Shown in pieces: positions 26,682 to 36,676 of a DNA stretch of 58,377 bases. Every line of letters starts with the position of its first letter. The stretch's first letter is position 1. This stretch comes from a virus (taxonomy: Duplodnaviria > Caudoviricetes). The DNA lies in the IMG/VR virus record IMGVR_UViG_3300022723_000109, positions 1 through 58,377 of that record; one strand, 5' to 3'. The translations under genes were made by a program, and so were the position numbers. The notes below the pieces were generated by a model, which had not been told where the DNA came from, did no database searches, and saw only the letters and a program-made list of their open reading frames with translations.

Positions 26682-29645
26682 CTAGAGCTGATCGAGCCCC
26701 TTCTTAGCGTCCTGCTTGACCTGCTCCATCGACTGACGGAAGCCGTCGGGGTTCGGCGTGCTGATGTTGAAGTTCTGGATCACGGTGCGCCCCGCGGCTC
26801 CGTCGTTGATCTCGACGCCGAGCCGACCGTTCTTCCTGGAGAGCGGAGCGATCGCCGCTTCGGGGCCGGCCTCGCCTGCGATGCCGACGTTGCCGCCGGC
26901 GAGCGGGAAGGCGGTCGGGCCGCTGAAGAGCCCGCCGTTCTGGAAGGGTACGACCTGCCCGCCGCGGAAGACGTTGCCCTTCGCGCTGAAGAAGGCTCCG
27001 AGCCCGCCGGTCCCGGGCCCGTTCGTCGGGCCGAGGAAGCTGGAGATCCCCTGGATCAGCGGTTGGATCGCAAGCACTTCGAGGAGCCCGTCGATGACGC
27101 GCTTGAAGGCTTGCTCGGCAGCCTCGCCGAGGTTTTCGTAGTCGGTGATCGCCGAGCGCGCGACGTCGCCGAGCCCCTGCGCAATGAGGTCGGCGCTCGC
27201 TTGCTGCTTCTCCGCCTGCTCGACCTGGCGCTCAAGCTCCTCCGCGCTCTTGCGGTACGCCTCGGTGAGCGTGTCGACGTCGACGACCTGGCCGAGGATC
27301 GCCTGCCGTTCGAGCTCGCGAAGCTCGATGGCAAGCTGCCGCTCGTCGTTCGTGAGCCCGACGAGCTCCTTCTCGAACTCCAGAGCGGCGAACATATCGG
27401 AGATCGTATTGAGCGCGTCGGTGCGCGCCTGGTCGAGCTGCGCGATGCCTCCCGCTGCTTGCTCGAACCCGGCTCGAGCCCCGGCTCCGTCGCCCGGTCC
27501 GCCGTCGTCACCTTCGCCGCGCGGCTGGAATCCGAGCGCGCTGAGCACTTGCTTCCCCTTCGTCTGCAACTGCTCGATCAGACCACGCGCGAAGCGCTCG
27601 GCCGCGATGCGACCCTGCTCCTCGTCGATCTCGCGGAAGATGCCGCCGAAGAACTCGTCGAAGGCCGCCTCCCCCTCCAGCCCTCGGAAGCCGCCGACGA
27701 GCGCCGTGAGGGAGTCCTTGCCGATCTGCGTGAACTCGGCGACGAAGTCGGTCGAGAAGTTCTCCGCCGCGCTGCCGCCAATGTCCTTCAGCGCGTCGAT
27801 CGAGCGCTCCAGGTTCGCGAGGCTCACGTCCTTCAGCGATCCCACGAAGGCGATCGGGTTGCTGAAGTCGAGGTTCCGCAGCTCGCGGAAGTTGTCGACG
27901 ATCGTCTCGACGACGGTGAGGATCGCGTCGCCGACCGTTTTGAAGGACGCGATGGCGAGGTTCGCGAAGCCCTTCACGAGGTCGCCGATGAAGCCGAGCG
28001 CGGAGTCCCAATCCGTTCCGATCAGTTCGAGCGCGTCCTGCACGAGGTCGACGATGAAGTCGAAGGCTTGGGAGAAGAGACGGGAGAGCGTCTCGATCAC
28101 GCCCCGCGCGACCTCGACCAGGCGGGGGAAGATGAACTCCCAACGCTCGCGGAGGACGTTGATCGTGGCGGTGAGCACGTCGCCGAGGCGCCGCCCCCCG
28201 ATCGTGAGGTCGGCGATCTCCTCGCGGAAGGTGATCACGGCCCCGATCGCCGCGCCGATGGCGATGGGGATGAGCCCGATCCCCGAGGTCGCGAGCGCGA
28301 CCTTGAGCGCGCGGATCGCTCCGATCGTGCCCTGCACGGCCTTCGTGAGCGCGATGAAGCCGCCGGCGCCAGCGAGTCCCCGGAGCACCTTCGCGAAGAG
28401 CTCGGCGCGCTCGCGGTTCCCGTCGAACTCGTCGCCGAGCCCGGAGAGGATCAGGACCGCTCCGCGGACGCCCTCGACGAAGTCCTTGATCGGACCGGTC
28501 GAGTCGCGGAACTGCAGCACGGCCGCGCCGAGCGCGTTGCCGAGCAGCGTGAGCTCGCTGCCGAGCGTGTCGAAGGCGCGCGACGACTCCTCTTCGAGCG
28601 CGTTCGTGTTCGCGAGCTCGTCGGAGACGAGGGCGAGCGTCTTCGCGAGTTGTTCGTTGTTCTTGGCAAGCGGGACGAGTACCTGCAGGTTGCGCACTCC
28701 GGAGAGACCGAGCTGATCGAGCACCGCGGCCGCGCTGCCCCCCTGCTCGATCGTGCGCCCGAGGCCCTCGATGAAGGCTTGGAAGCCGGCGAGCTGATCG
28801 CCCTGGAAGAGCTGCGCGAACTCCTCATTCGTGGTCCCCGCGATCTGCGCGAGGAGCTCCAGGTCGTCGCCCGCCTCACGCACGGCCGCGTCGATCGCGG
28901 TGAAGGCGCGCCCGACCGACGATCCGCCGAGCTCGGCCTCGACGCCGAGCGACTTGAGCGCAGCTCCGAGCGCGGCCGTCTCGCCGGCGCTGAGGTCGAA
29001 GGCGGCCGTCGCCTGCGCGATCCGGGTCGTGATCGTGGCGATCTCGCTCTCCGTCGCCTCGATGTTGTTCCCGAGGCGCACGAAGACTGAGGCGATCTCG
29101 TCGACCTGGTCGATCCCTTCGCCGGTCACGTTGAGGAGCCGCGCGAGCGTGGTCGCGGCTTCGTCGCCCGCGAGGTCGGAGGCGCTTCCCAGCTTCGCGA
29201 TCGTGTCGGTGAAGTTGAGGATGTTGTCGGCGCCGGTGACGCCGAGCTGCCCCGCAGCCTGGCCGATCGAGAGGAGCTCGTCGCGCGTGACGGGGATGCG
29301 GTTCCCGAGTGCGATGAAGTCGTCGCCGAGAGCCTGCAGAGCCTCGCCGGCGATGTCGGTCGTCTTCCCGACGCCGACGAGACCCTGCTCGAAGTCGACG
29401 AGCTGGCGGAAGGCGGCGCGAGTGATCAGACCCGCGGAGAGCCCGGCGGTCAGTCGGCCGAGGATCCTCCCGAAGCCTTGCGCCGTGCGCCCGGTGCGAT
29501 CGAGGCTCGCGTCGGTGCGGTTGACGTCCGCCACGAAGCGCCCGAGCTCGTCCCGGGTCTGCCGCGATCCACGGCGGACGACGCGGAAGCCCCCTTCAGC
29601 GCGAGCGGCCTCGATGCGGACGGCGAGCGTTGCTACCTCGACCAA
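26682..29645 (-). CDS. Tail tape measure protein, TP901-like
   Basis: 987 aa helical; VGKTTD, AGQLG, LGNNIEATESEI; C-terminal GEAGPEA..PL. Confidence 0.92.
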   Translation of the reverse strand: MVEVATLAVRIEAARAEGGFRVVRRGSRQTRDELGRFVADVNRTDASLDRTGRTAQGFGRILGRLTAGLSAGLITRAAFRQLVDFEQGLVGVGKTTDIAGEALQALGDDFIALGNRIPVTRDELLSIGQAAGQLGVTGADNILNFTDTIAKLGSASDLAGDEAATTLARLLNVTGEGIDQVDEIASVFVRLGNNIEATESEIATITTRIAQATAAFDLSAGETAALGAALKSLGVEAELGGSSVGRAFTAIDAAVREAGDDLELLAQIAGTTNEEFAQLFQGDQLAGFQAFIEGLGRTIEQGGSAAAVLDQLGLSGVRNLQVLVPLAKNNEQLAKTLALVSDELANTNALEEESSRAFDTLGSELTLLGNALGAAVLQFRDSTGPIKDFVEGVRGAVLILSGLGDEFDGNRERAELFAKVLRGLAGAGGFIALTKAVQGTIGAIRALKVALATSGIGLIPIAIGAAIGAVITFREEIADLTIGGRRLGDVLTATINVLRERWEFIFPRLVEVARGVIETLSRLFSQAFDFIVDLVQDALELIGTDWDSALGFIGDLVKGFANLAIASFKTVGDAILTVVETIVDNFRELRNLDFSNPIAFVGSLKDVSLANLERSIDALKDIGGSAAENFSTDFVAEFTQIGKDSLTALVGGFRGLEGEAAFDEFFGGIFREIDEEQGRIAAERFARGLIEQLQTKGKQVLSALGFQPRGEGDDGGPGDGAGARAGFEQAAGGIAQLDQARTDALNTISDMFAALEFEKELVGLTNDERQLAIELRELERQAILGQVVDVDTLTEAYRKSAEELERQVEQAEKQQASADLIAQGLGDVARSAITDYENLGEAAEQAFKRVIDGLLEVLAIQPLIQGISSFLGPTNGPGTGGLGAFFSAKGNVFRGGQVVPFQNGGLFSGPTAFPLAGGNVGIAGEAGPEAAIAPLSRKNGRLGVEINDGAAGRTVIQNFNISTPNPDGFRQSMEQVKQDAKKGLDQL

Positions 29646-30009
29646 GAGTCCGCCTCCCCTTGCCTCCGCCGCCCTTGCTCTGCTTCGCCTTCTTGCGCGC
29701 CCATTCGAGCCACGAGTCTTCGAGACGACGGAAGAGGTACCACCACTCTTCGCGGGTCTCCCATTCCGTGATCCGGTGCTCGTCCAGAACGCATCGCAGC
29801 TCCGCCGGGGTCCAGGCCCGAGGGCCTTCGGTCATGTCCCGCATCCGGTGCGTGTCCTCCCAAAGGGTCCAGACCGGAACGAGATCGTCGTGCAGTCGAG
29901 GTCGCTTGTCCCAGCTCTCGGACCGCTCCCCGCGGGCGGCGCGCTTCTTGAAGGTCTCGATCATGTGCCCCCAAGAGAGCATCCAGAGCTGGAACTCGAT
30001 CAGTTTTTT
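29596..30009 (-). CDS. Tail assembly chaperone, -1 frameshift extension
   Basis: Frame KKLIEFQLW... entered at slippery A AAA AAC (30003-30009) just before the upstream stop. Confidence 0.8.
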   Translation of the reverse strand, partial: KKLIEFQLWMLSWGHMIETFKKRAARGERSESWDKRPRLHDDLVPVWTLWEDTHRMRDMTEGPRAWTPAELRCVLDEHRITEWETREEWWYLFRRLEDSWLEWARKKAKQSKGGGGKGRRTLGRGSNARRPHRGRSR

Positions 30010-30404
30010 GCGTCGTCCTCCAGTCCTTGCCGCAGGTAGGCCGTGTGCTCGCGGGCGACGTGAAGGACCCACTTCCAGAGGTCGCGCAGCGGCTCGCGGT
30101 CGACGAGCTCGCGGCACTTCTCCGTCGAGAACGGGATCGGCGCGCCCGCCTCGTCGAGTCCTCTCCAGCCCTTGACGATGTAGTCCGTGAGCATGCGCTT
30201 GCCCTGCTCCTGGATCGCTTCGTCGTCGAAGTTGTCGTCGCGCACGGCCTGCTTGACCTGCGAGCGCTGCTTCTGCAGGAAGGCCCGGAGGTCCGGGTTG
30301 TCGGCGCGTGCGATGCAGATCTCGACCTCGGGCGCGACGGGGTACTTGAACCACTTGCCTTCGCGCTCGGCGGCCGGATCGGTTTCGAGAAGTCGGATGT
30401 CCAT
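30000..30404 (-). CDS. Tail assembly chaperone
   Basis: EG.WF, ARADNP, VKGWRG; lies between tail tube and tape measure. Confidence 0.85.
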   Translation of the reverse strand: MDIRLLETDPAAEREGKWFKYPVAPEVEICIARADNPDLRAFLQKQRSQVKQAVRDDNFDDEAIQEQGKRMLTDYIVKGWRGLDEAGAPIPFSTEKCRELVDREPLRDLWKWVLHVAREHTAYLRQGLEDDAKN

Positions 30405-30486
30405 CGCTTGATTCCTTGAGGGTGGGCTCGAGCCAGGTTCCCCGGGACGCTACCGAACGCGCCCCGGGGTTCCAAGCTCGCAGGGA

Positions 30487-31734
30487 TCAGAACGGGCCGG
30501 CGAAGCGCGAGATGATCATCGTGCGATCGTCGGTCGTGTCCTTGGACGCCTCGTAGGTCATCCGGGCCTCGATGTCGTTGTTCTGGCCCGGGTTCGAGTC
30601 GTCCCCGTCGGTGTAGTTGATGTGCGGCAGCTCCCACACGTACCCGTTGCCGACGTTGTCGACGAAGACCACGGCGACCGCGGAGTCGTCGAAGTCGAGG
30701 TACTTGTCCATGAGGTCGCGGTTCACGAGGTACACGTTGAGGGTGCCGTTGATGTCGATCGTGCCGGAGCGGATCGACGTGGGGCCGAGGTTCCCGATCG
30801 CGTCGCGACCCGCGAGGTTGTTCGCGTACGTGATCGTGAACTCCGTGGCGTCCGTCACGGTGTCGAGACCCGTGCCCTCCATGATGGCGGAGACGTCGTC
30901 CACGGCGTTCATGATCCGGTTCCCCGGAGCGGCCGCGTTCGAGCCGTCGCCGATCGTGGCGGTGCCCGTGGTCTGGCTCTTGCCGAGGAACGTGAAGGCG
31001 CCCTCGATCAGCGAGCCCGGCGTGATCGTGAAGTTGAAGCCGTCGAGCACCATCCCGTTGAAGACCGCGAATTTCGACGCGGCGACGAGGTCGGTGTTCT
31101 CCCGCTCGATGACGATCGACTGGCAGAGCACGCCGTTCTCGACGTGCCCGCCCATCTGGACCTTCGCGTTCGAGGTCGCCGCGCTGGCCGCGACGGTCTC
31201 GGCCACGAGGCCACGACCGCGGATCGTGATCTCGTTGTTCGAGCCCTTCGCGATCACCTTGACGATCTGATTGTTCACGCCCGAGGACGTGACGAAGTTG
31301 CCGAGGCGGATCCACCGCCCGACGACGATGTTCGTCCACGAGTTGTTCGTGTCGTCGTCGGTGAGGGTCGCGTCGTTCCCCGAAGTGAGGGCGATCGTGA
31401 CCGCGGTGTTCGAGTCCTGCTCCAGCGCGTCGACGACGCTCGACCAGGTCGCGTCGCTCTGGAGCGCGTACTCCAGCCACGAGTCATGCGACCCGTACGA
31501 GAGGATGACGTTGACGTCGCCGCCGGCGTCGGCACGCACGCGCGCGACGCCGGTCTTCTGCCGGGACGACTCGATCTCCGGAGAGGAGACGGTGTCCGTG
31601 TTCTGCTTGAGGGTTTCGCTCACGTACCGGACGCGCTGGAGGGTCGGGTTCCCCGCCGGCGTTTCGCCGTACGTGGATTCGAGGACCCAAGCGAGATCTT
31701 GACGTGAGGCATCAGCGCCAGCGGTACCGGCCAT
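30487..31734 (-). CDS. Major tail tube protein
   Basis: ESTYGETP, S.EI...RQ, AGGDVN, NNL, G...I.GTL..Y motifs; gene position. Confidence 0.85.
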   Translation of the reverse strand: MAGTAGADASRQDLAWVLESTYGETPAGNPTLQRVRYVSETLKQNTDTVSSPEIESSRQKTGVARVRADAGGDVNVILSYGSHDSWLEYALQSDATWSSVVDALEQDSNTAVTIALTSGNDATLTDDDTNNSWTNIVVGRWIRLGNFVTSSGVNNQIVKVIAKGSNNEITIRGRGLVAETVAASAATSNAKVQMGGHVENGVLCQSIVIERENTDLVAASKFAVFNGMVLDGFNFTITPGSLIEGAFTFLGKSQTTGTATIGDGSNAAAPGNRIMNAVDDVSAIMEGTGLDTVTDATEFTITYANNLAGRDAIGNLGPTSIRSGTIDINGTLNVYLVNRDLMDKYLDFDDSAVAVVFVDNVGNGYVWELPHINYTDGDDSNPGQNNDIEARMTYEASKDTTDDRTMIISRFAGPF

Positions 31735-31749
31735 GAGGTCACTCCTGCC

Positions 31750-32190
31750 TTAGACGATGGTGTCGGTGAGTTGGAACGGGATCGAGACGTCGACGCGCCA
31801 CTTCGCCTCCGTGTCCGGGTCCCGGCCGATCGTGATCGGGAACGGGACGAGGTACGTGACGAGCGTGCCGGTCGTCTTCCTGAAGTTCGTGACGATGAGG
31901 TCGACGAGCGTCCAGAAGGCGTCGTCTCCCCCGAGAATGTCCGACCGGATCTGCACCGTGACGGTGCCCGGCTGGAGGAAGGTCCCTTGCCCATCCGCGG
32001 GACCGGTGATCTCGACCTGCGAGCTCGCGCCGAAGCTGAGCCGCATGTCGCACCACAAGCCGGAGTCCGGCTGCGAGAACGGAAGATTCGGGTACTTCAC
32101 CCGGCCCGAGAGGCCGGGGTGCACGAGCTCGATGTCGGCCTCGAACTTGGCGACGATCTCGTCGCGCGCGTCTCCGTAGAGCGTCGTCAT
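31750..32190 (-). CDS. Tail terminator-like protein
   Basis: YPN.PF, G.V.VQI, W.V.VSIPF; gene position. Confidence 0.7.
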   Translation of the reverse strand: MTTLYGDARDEIVAKFEADIELVHPGLSGRVKYPNLPFSQPDSGLWCDMRLSFGASSQVEITGPADGQGTFLQPGTVTVQIRSDILGGDDAFWTLVDLIVTNFRKTTGTLVTYLVPFPITIGRDPDTEAKWRVDVSIPFQLTDTIV

Positions 32191-32579
32191 GAGAAGATCG
32201 CCGCCAGTTCTTCGACCGTCCGCTCGAACATGAAGTCACCCTCGAAGTGCTCGGTCCCGTTGTTCACGTAGATCGTGTACGAGACCGGATTCGAGATAAC
32301 TACGTCCTGGAAGGGGCGAAGTCCAGAGAGCGCCGCGAGCCCTGCGGAGATGGTCGAGCTCCCGCTCGGGTCCACGCGCCCCGGATCCTCGGTCGTAGGG
32401 TTGTCGAGCGACACCGTGTACCCGCCTCGGAGGCGCCCCGTGCGCACTCGCGTCCGCAGCACGAGCCGCGAGAGCCCCTCGAACGCGATCTTCGCGACGA
32501 AGTCGCGGGCCTGCTCGGGGAGCAGGGTATCCGTGAAGCGCGAGAGCTGCGCGTTGAAGGTTGCGAGGTCGGCGGGCAT
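32187..32579 (-). CDS. HK97 gp10-like tail completion protein
   Basis: T.V.TGRLRG, ISNPVSY..Y.N.GT. Confidence 0.75.
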   Translation of the reverse strand: MPADLATFNAQLSRFTDTLLPEQARDFVAKIAFEGLSRLVLRTRVRTGRLRGGYTVSLDNPTTEDPGRVDPSGSSTISAGLAALSGLRPFQDVVISNPVSYTIYVNNGTEHFEGDFMFERTVEELAAIFS

Positions 32580-32908
32580 CAGGTCTGCGAGGGCGGAGTT
32601 GTCGATCGCAGCGTCGAGAGGTTCGAGTTGAGCAGCGCCAGGGCCGCGATCGCGCCGGCGTGCGGGGGATCGTCGATCTCTGGGTAGTGGAGCCAGTCGT
32701 CGAGCCAGACGATCTCCCACCCGAGGGGGAAGTGCGCCGTATAGACGACGTGATTCTCCGTCCCGGTGACGCCCATGTAGTGCAGCGCCCACGACTTGTT
32801 TACGCAAAGGCGCTGCGCGAGCAGGACGCCGTCCTCTCCGAGCGCGACCGCGACGTGCTCGGCGAATCCGAAGATGCCGATCATCGTGCAGTAGATCTTG
32901 CTCGTCAT
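32579..32908 (-). CDS. Hypothetical protein within the neck operon
   Basis: Coupled at both ends. Confidence 0.6.
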   Translation of the reverse strand: MTSKIYCTMIGIFGFAEHVAVALGEDGVLLAQRLCVNKSWALHYMGVTGTENHVVYTAHFPLGWEIVWLDDWLHYPEIDDPPHAGAIAALALLNSNLSTLRSTTPPSQT

Positions 32909-35900
32909 CTTCGAGAGACCTCCACTTCCCAAAGGACCACCTTCCCGCCGGCGTAGAGTGGACCGACGAACGTCGTCCTCCACTTCGACCCCTCCGTCCC
33001 GAGGCGCACTTCCTGCCCCTCGTACGGGTTCGGGAAGGGAAGCTCCTTGCTCGGGACGTAGAAGATCTGCCGACCGGTCTTCACGAGTTCCCCATCGCTC
33101 AATCGACGGACGAACTCCTGCGGAGGAGTTCCCTTGATGCAATGCTCGCACCTTCCTTTGCGGGAGACGGTTCCCGCTCCTGCGTTGACGATCTCGAACT
33201 CGTACGTCACGAAGACGTACGCCTTGCCGAGCTCGTCGATCAGCTCCTTCGAGTCGTTGAAGAAGTCCGCGTCGAGCTCGGTGACGATCGCGGACGACGT
33301 CGGGAGGCCGCCGCCGCGAAGGTGCAGGACGTAGAGCGCGATCGCCCCGCCCGCATAGAGCGCCTCGATCCTCACGACCGACCAGGTCGTGCCGTCGTAC
33401 TCGACGACGTCGGCCTTGCTCGGCACGAAGCCGAGCTCGAGCCCGGGGACGAAGAGCTGCACGTCGCCACGCTTGACGAGTTCTCCGTCGACGAGGCTCC
33501 TCTTGAAAGCAAGAGGCGGCGACGTCTGCACGGCCGGGTAGAGCGTGGCGTTGTTCGTGATCGCGACCGTGCGCCCGAGCTCGTCGATGATCTCCTTCGC
33601 CGCCGTGAGCAGCTCGGAGTCGAGCGTCGTGACGATCGCCGTAGCCGAAGGAACCCCCCCGCCCCGAAGGTGGATCGCGTAGAGGGCGACCAGGTCGCCC
33701 GAGTAGATCTCATCGAACCGAACGACCCGCCAGGTCGTGCCGTCGAAGGAGACCGTCTCGGCGAGCTCGGGGGTGAGGGGAGCGTCCTGCGCCGCGAGGA
33801 AGACGACGACGTCGCCGCGCTGGACGAGCTCGCCGTCGACGTAGCGGTCGGAGAAGTTGAACGCGGGGGAGATCTGCACGTCGGAGAACGGGGTCCCCCC
33901 GACGTCGAAGTCGGCCGTCCTGCCGAACTCCTGGATCAGGTCGAGCGCCGCCTGCCGCAGGTCGACATCGAGCTCGGTCGGGATGCCGATGCAGTCGGTG
34001 AGCTTGGAGGCGATGACCTGGCCGGTCGCCTGGCCGAAGGCGGCCGCCTGGACGTCCTGCATCCCCGCGATCACCATCGCGACCGCGGTCGAAGTGGCCG
34101 AGCCGGCGGCCGCTCCGTCGACGCAGCGCTCCCGACACGGGTCGCCGCCGCTCGACGTCGCCACCCCGGACGCGATGGCGGGCCCCGTCGGGATGTCCCC
34201 GGAGACGACCACCGACCCGACCGAGTCCCCTGCCGCGGAGCCCTGGACGGCTCGCAGGCGGCACGGCTGAGCCACCGTCCCGACGGCCAGGCCGGCGGCC
34301 GAGCCGTCCACTCCGCGCAGCCTGGCGGCGCTGGCGGCTGCCGTCGCGGCTCCGGCGTCGCTCGCCGCGGCCGAGACCGCGAGGGCCCCGATCGCCGCAG
34401 CGGTCGCGAGGCCGTTCGAGAGGGCCGCCACGGGCCGCAGGCGGCACGCCGCCGGCACCGTGCCCGTCGATGCCCCCGCGGCTGAGGCCGCCGCAGAGCG
34501 GCGCCTGCACGGCGTCACGGCCTCGAACGAGGAGCCGGCCGCCGAGCCGTCGACCGCGCGGGCGCGCTGAGCCGTCGCCGCCGAGCTCGCGGAGCCGGCG
34601 TCGGTCGCGCTCACCGACCGGAGGACGGTGCCCGAGGCGGTCGCCGTCGAGCTCCCCGAGGCAGACGCGGAGACGGCCCGGATCCTGGTCGGCGTGACCG
34701 GGGGGAGTGAGGTCGCCCCGGCGGCTGAGCCGTCGACGGGGCGGAGCCTGGTCGGCGCGGCCGAGCTCGTCGCCGCCCCCTCGGCCAGCGTGGGGCCGCT
34801 CGGCCGACGCCTCGTCGGCGTGACCGGGATGAAGGGACCGCCCGGAGTGCCCGAGACGCTCGCGGAGCGGAGGCGGTTCGGCGGCACGTCGATCGCGCTG
34901 CCCGCCCCGGCGTCGCTGGCCTGCGCTCGCTGGAAGACGCCGAGCGAGACGGCGAAGGTGAGGATCCGCGCGGCGACCGCGGTGTCGAGCCAGTCGAGCG
35001 AGAGGCCGGCCTGCAGCGCGGCGTCGACCTCCGCGTTCATGTCGTCGGTCGTGTCGCCTTGGCTCCGAGCGATGTTGACGAGCTGGTCCCCCTCGAAGCG
35101 GTTGTGCGTGTTCGTCGGGTTCGCCGCGTCCTCGCCGCCGTGATAGATGCTCGCCTCGACGCCCGACTCCGAGACCCACACTCCATGCCCGAGGACGCCG
35201 ACCTGCGCGCCGCTCGTGACGCCGAAGTCCCACGAGCCCGTCACGATCCGTTCGAGGAGCATGAAGACGAAGCGGGGGTTGAAGCCGATGTCCTCGTGAT
35301 CCTCGACGCCGTCGCTCGTGGGCGCGGTGATCTCTCCGAGGAAGACGTCCTCGGAGTCGAAGTCCATCGCGCAGTAGGCGACCGGCCAGCCGGCGAACCC
35401 TCCGCGGTTGATCGTGAAGGTGCCTTCGCCAACGCTCCCGATCGTCTGCAGCCCGCCGATCAGATCAGCGCCGAAGGAGTCGACGCCGAGGCGCGCCGAA
35501 TCCATGCGCGTAATCGCCCGCGAGTTGACCGACGCCCCGAGATCGTCGTACTCGTAGTTCCGCGACCGGTGCCTCGCGCCGGCGGCGTGATCGTTCGCCC
35601 AAAAGCCGAAGCGAGAGATGACGCTGAGGTTGAGCCCTCCGGTGACGTTCGATCGACCGTGGGCTCGAGCGAGGATTGCCTTCGGCGTACGGTCCGCCAT
35701 CGTGCCCGCGAGCGAGATCGTGTCGCTCGCCGACGTCGTGTCGCCGAAGCCGCACTCCATCGCGACATCCTCGCCACCGAAGAGCACGAGGACCCACTTG
35801 ATCGCGAGCGTCGGTGCGACGAGCCACTCGATGACGATGCCGTCGTCCGTCCAGGAGTCGAAGCGGAAGGCTTGCTCGACCGCCCCGCTGACCGGGTTGT

Positions 35901-36192
35901 AGATGACGCCGAGGCGATCGTTCCATCCGACCGACGCCGCGCTTGGCGACGAGTCGGCGTCGGTCATGACGTCCTGAAAGCACCACTCGTTCCCGTCGGC
36001 GTCGACGGCCCCGAACGAGTCCGACCCGCTCGAAATGATCGTGCCGTCGAAGATCGTCCGGACGCCGAAGATCCACGCGCCGGCGATGTCCGCCTCGTCG
36101 ACCGCGCCGGCGACGGTGATCGTCTGCGTCTCGCCGACGCCCTTCGCGGTATCGGAGGTCCAGACGACGGCGTCGATGAAGGTGTCGCCCAC
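32905..36192 (-). CDS. Large virion protein: globular N-terminus, Ala/Ser/Gly repeat stalk, three tandem head-closure-like domains
   Basis: Three copies of A..LI.E.GR...VDGELV.RGD...W.VV....Y.G....LY...LR at the C-terminus. Confidence 0.7.
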   Translation of the reverse strand: MGDTFIDAVVWTSDTAKGVGETQTITVAGAVDEADIAGAWIFGVRTIFDGTIISSGSDSFGAVDADGNEWCFQDVMTDADSSPSAASVGWNDRLGVIYNPVSGAVEQAFRFDSWTDDGIVIEWLVAPTLAIKWVLVLFGGEDVAMECGFGDTTSASDTISLAGTMADRTPKAILARAHGRSNVTGGLNLSVISRFGFWANDHAAGARHRSRNYEYDDLGASVNSRAITRMDSARLGVDSFGADLIGGLQTIGSVGEGTFTINRGGFAGWPVAYCAMDFDSEDVFLGEITAPTSDGVEDHEDIGFNPRFVFMLLERIVTGSWDFGVTSGAQVGVLGHGVWVSESGVEASIYHGGEDAANPTNTHNRFEGDQLVNIARSQGDTTDDMNAEVDAALQAGLSLDWLDTAVAARILTFAVSLGVFQRAQASDAGAGSAIDVPPNRLRSASVSGTPGGPFIPVTPTRRRPSGPTLAEGAATSSAAPTRLRPVDGSAAGATSLPPVTPTRIRAVSASASGSSTATASGTVLRSVSATDAGSASSAATAQRARAVDGSAAGSSFEAVTPCRRRSAAASAAGASTGTVPAACRLRPVAALSNGLATAAAIGALAVSAAASDAGAATAAASAARLRGVDGSAAGLAVGTVAQPCRLRAVQGSAAGDSVGSVVVSGDIPTGPAIASGVATSSGGDPCRERCVDGAAAGSATSTAVAMVIAGMQDVQAAAFGQATGQVIASKLTDCIGIPTELDVDLRQAALDLIQEFGRTADFDVGGTPFSDVQISPAFNFSDRYVDGELVQRGDVVVFLAAQDAPLTPELAETVSFDGTTWRVVRFDEIYSGDLVALYAIHLRGGGVPSATAIVTTLDSELLTAAKEIIDELGRTVAITNNATLYPAVQTSPPLAFKRSLVDGELVKRGDVQLFVPGLELGFVPSKADVVEYDGTTWSVVRIEALYAGGAIALYVLHLRGGGLPTSSAIVTELDADFFNDSKELIDELGKAYVFVTYEFEIVNAGAGTVSRKGRCEHCIKGTPPQEFVRRLSDGELVKTGRQIFYVPSKELPFPNPYEGQEVRLGTEGSKWRTTFVGPLYAGGKVVLWEVEVSRR

Positions 36193-36229
36193 GCCTGGAC
36201 CTCCTTACGGGACCGCGAGCGGACCCGCG

Positions 36230-36673
36230 CTAGTCCTCGGAGATATCGAGGTCGCCGGCCTCGACGACGAGCGTGTCGTTGGGCTCGATGGTCTTCGAGC
36301 TCGTGAGGGCCGGGTAGTAGAGCAGGAGACCGGCGCCCGACACCGACGTCCCGACGCCGAGGTGCGTGACGGTGAAGTTGCCGCCGCCCGTGCTCTTCGG
36401 GAAGTTGATGTTGTTGTCGTTGTCGACGGTGTCGCCGGTGACGGTCCAGTTCGAGCCGTTGCGAGGAACCGCGACGCGCGCGTAACTCGTCCAGCCGGCT
36501 TCGCTCGTCGTCTGATCACCGGCCTCGCCGGGCGACGCCGTGTGCGCGGAGACGTAGAAGTTCCCCGCGGCGGACGAGCCCTGGAGACCGGTCGCGTCGC
36601 CGATGTTGGCGATGTTCGTGTTGAGGAAGAGGAGTTCGAGAAGGTCGGTCTCGAAGGCGTTGCTCTTGGACAT
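36230..36673 (-). CDS. Conserved phage structural (fibre/collar) protein
   Basis: SNAFE...HTA.PGEAG.QTTSEA..TSYARVAV.R family pattern. Confidence 0.75.
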   Translation of the reverse strand: MSKSNAFETDLLELLFLNTNIANIGDATGLQGSSAAGNFYVSAHTASPGEAGDQTTSEAGWTSYARVAVPRNGSNWTVTGDTVDNDNNINFPKSTGGGNFTVTHLGVGTSVSGAGLLLYYPALTSSKTIEPNDTLVVEAGDLDISED

Positions 36674-36676
36674 GAT

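Noticed and set aside
26676-30039. Long plus-strand ORFs (804, 523 and 402 aa) opposite the tape measure, and similar long ORFs elsewhere
   Set aside because: Antisense or off-frame shadows typical of high-GC DNA; Arg/Ser/Pro-rich, no motifs, and they overlap well-supported genes
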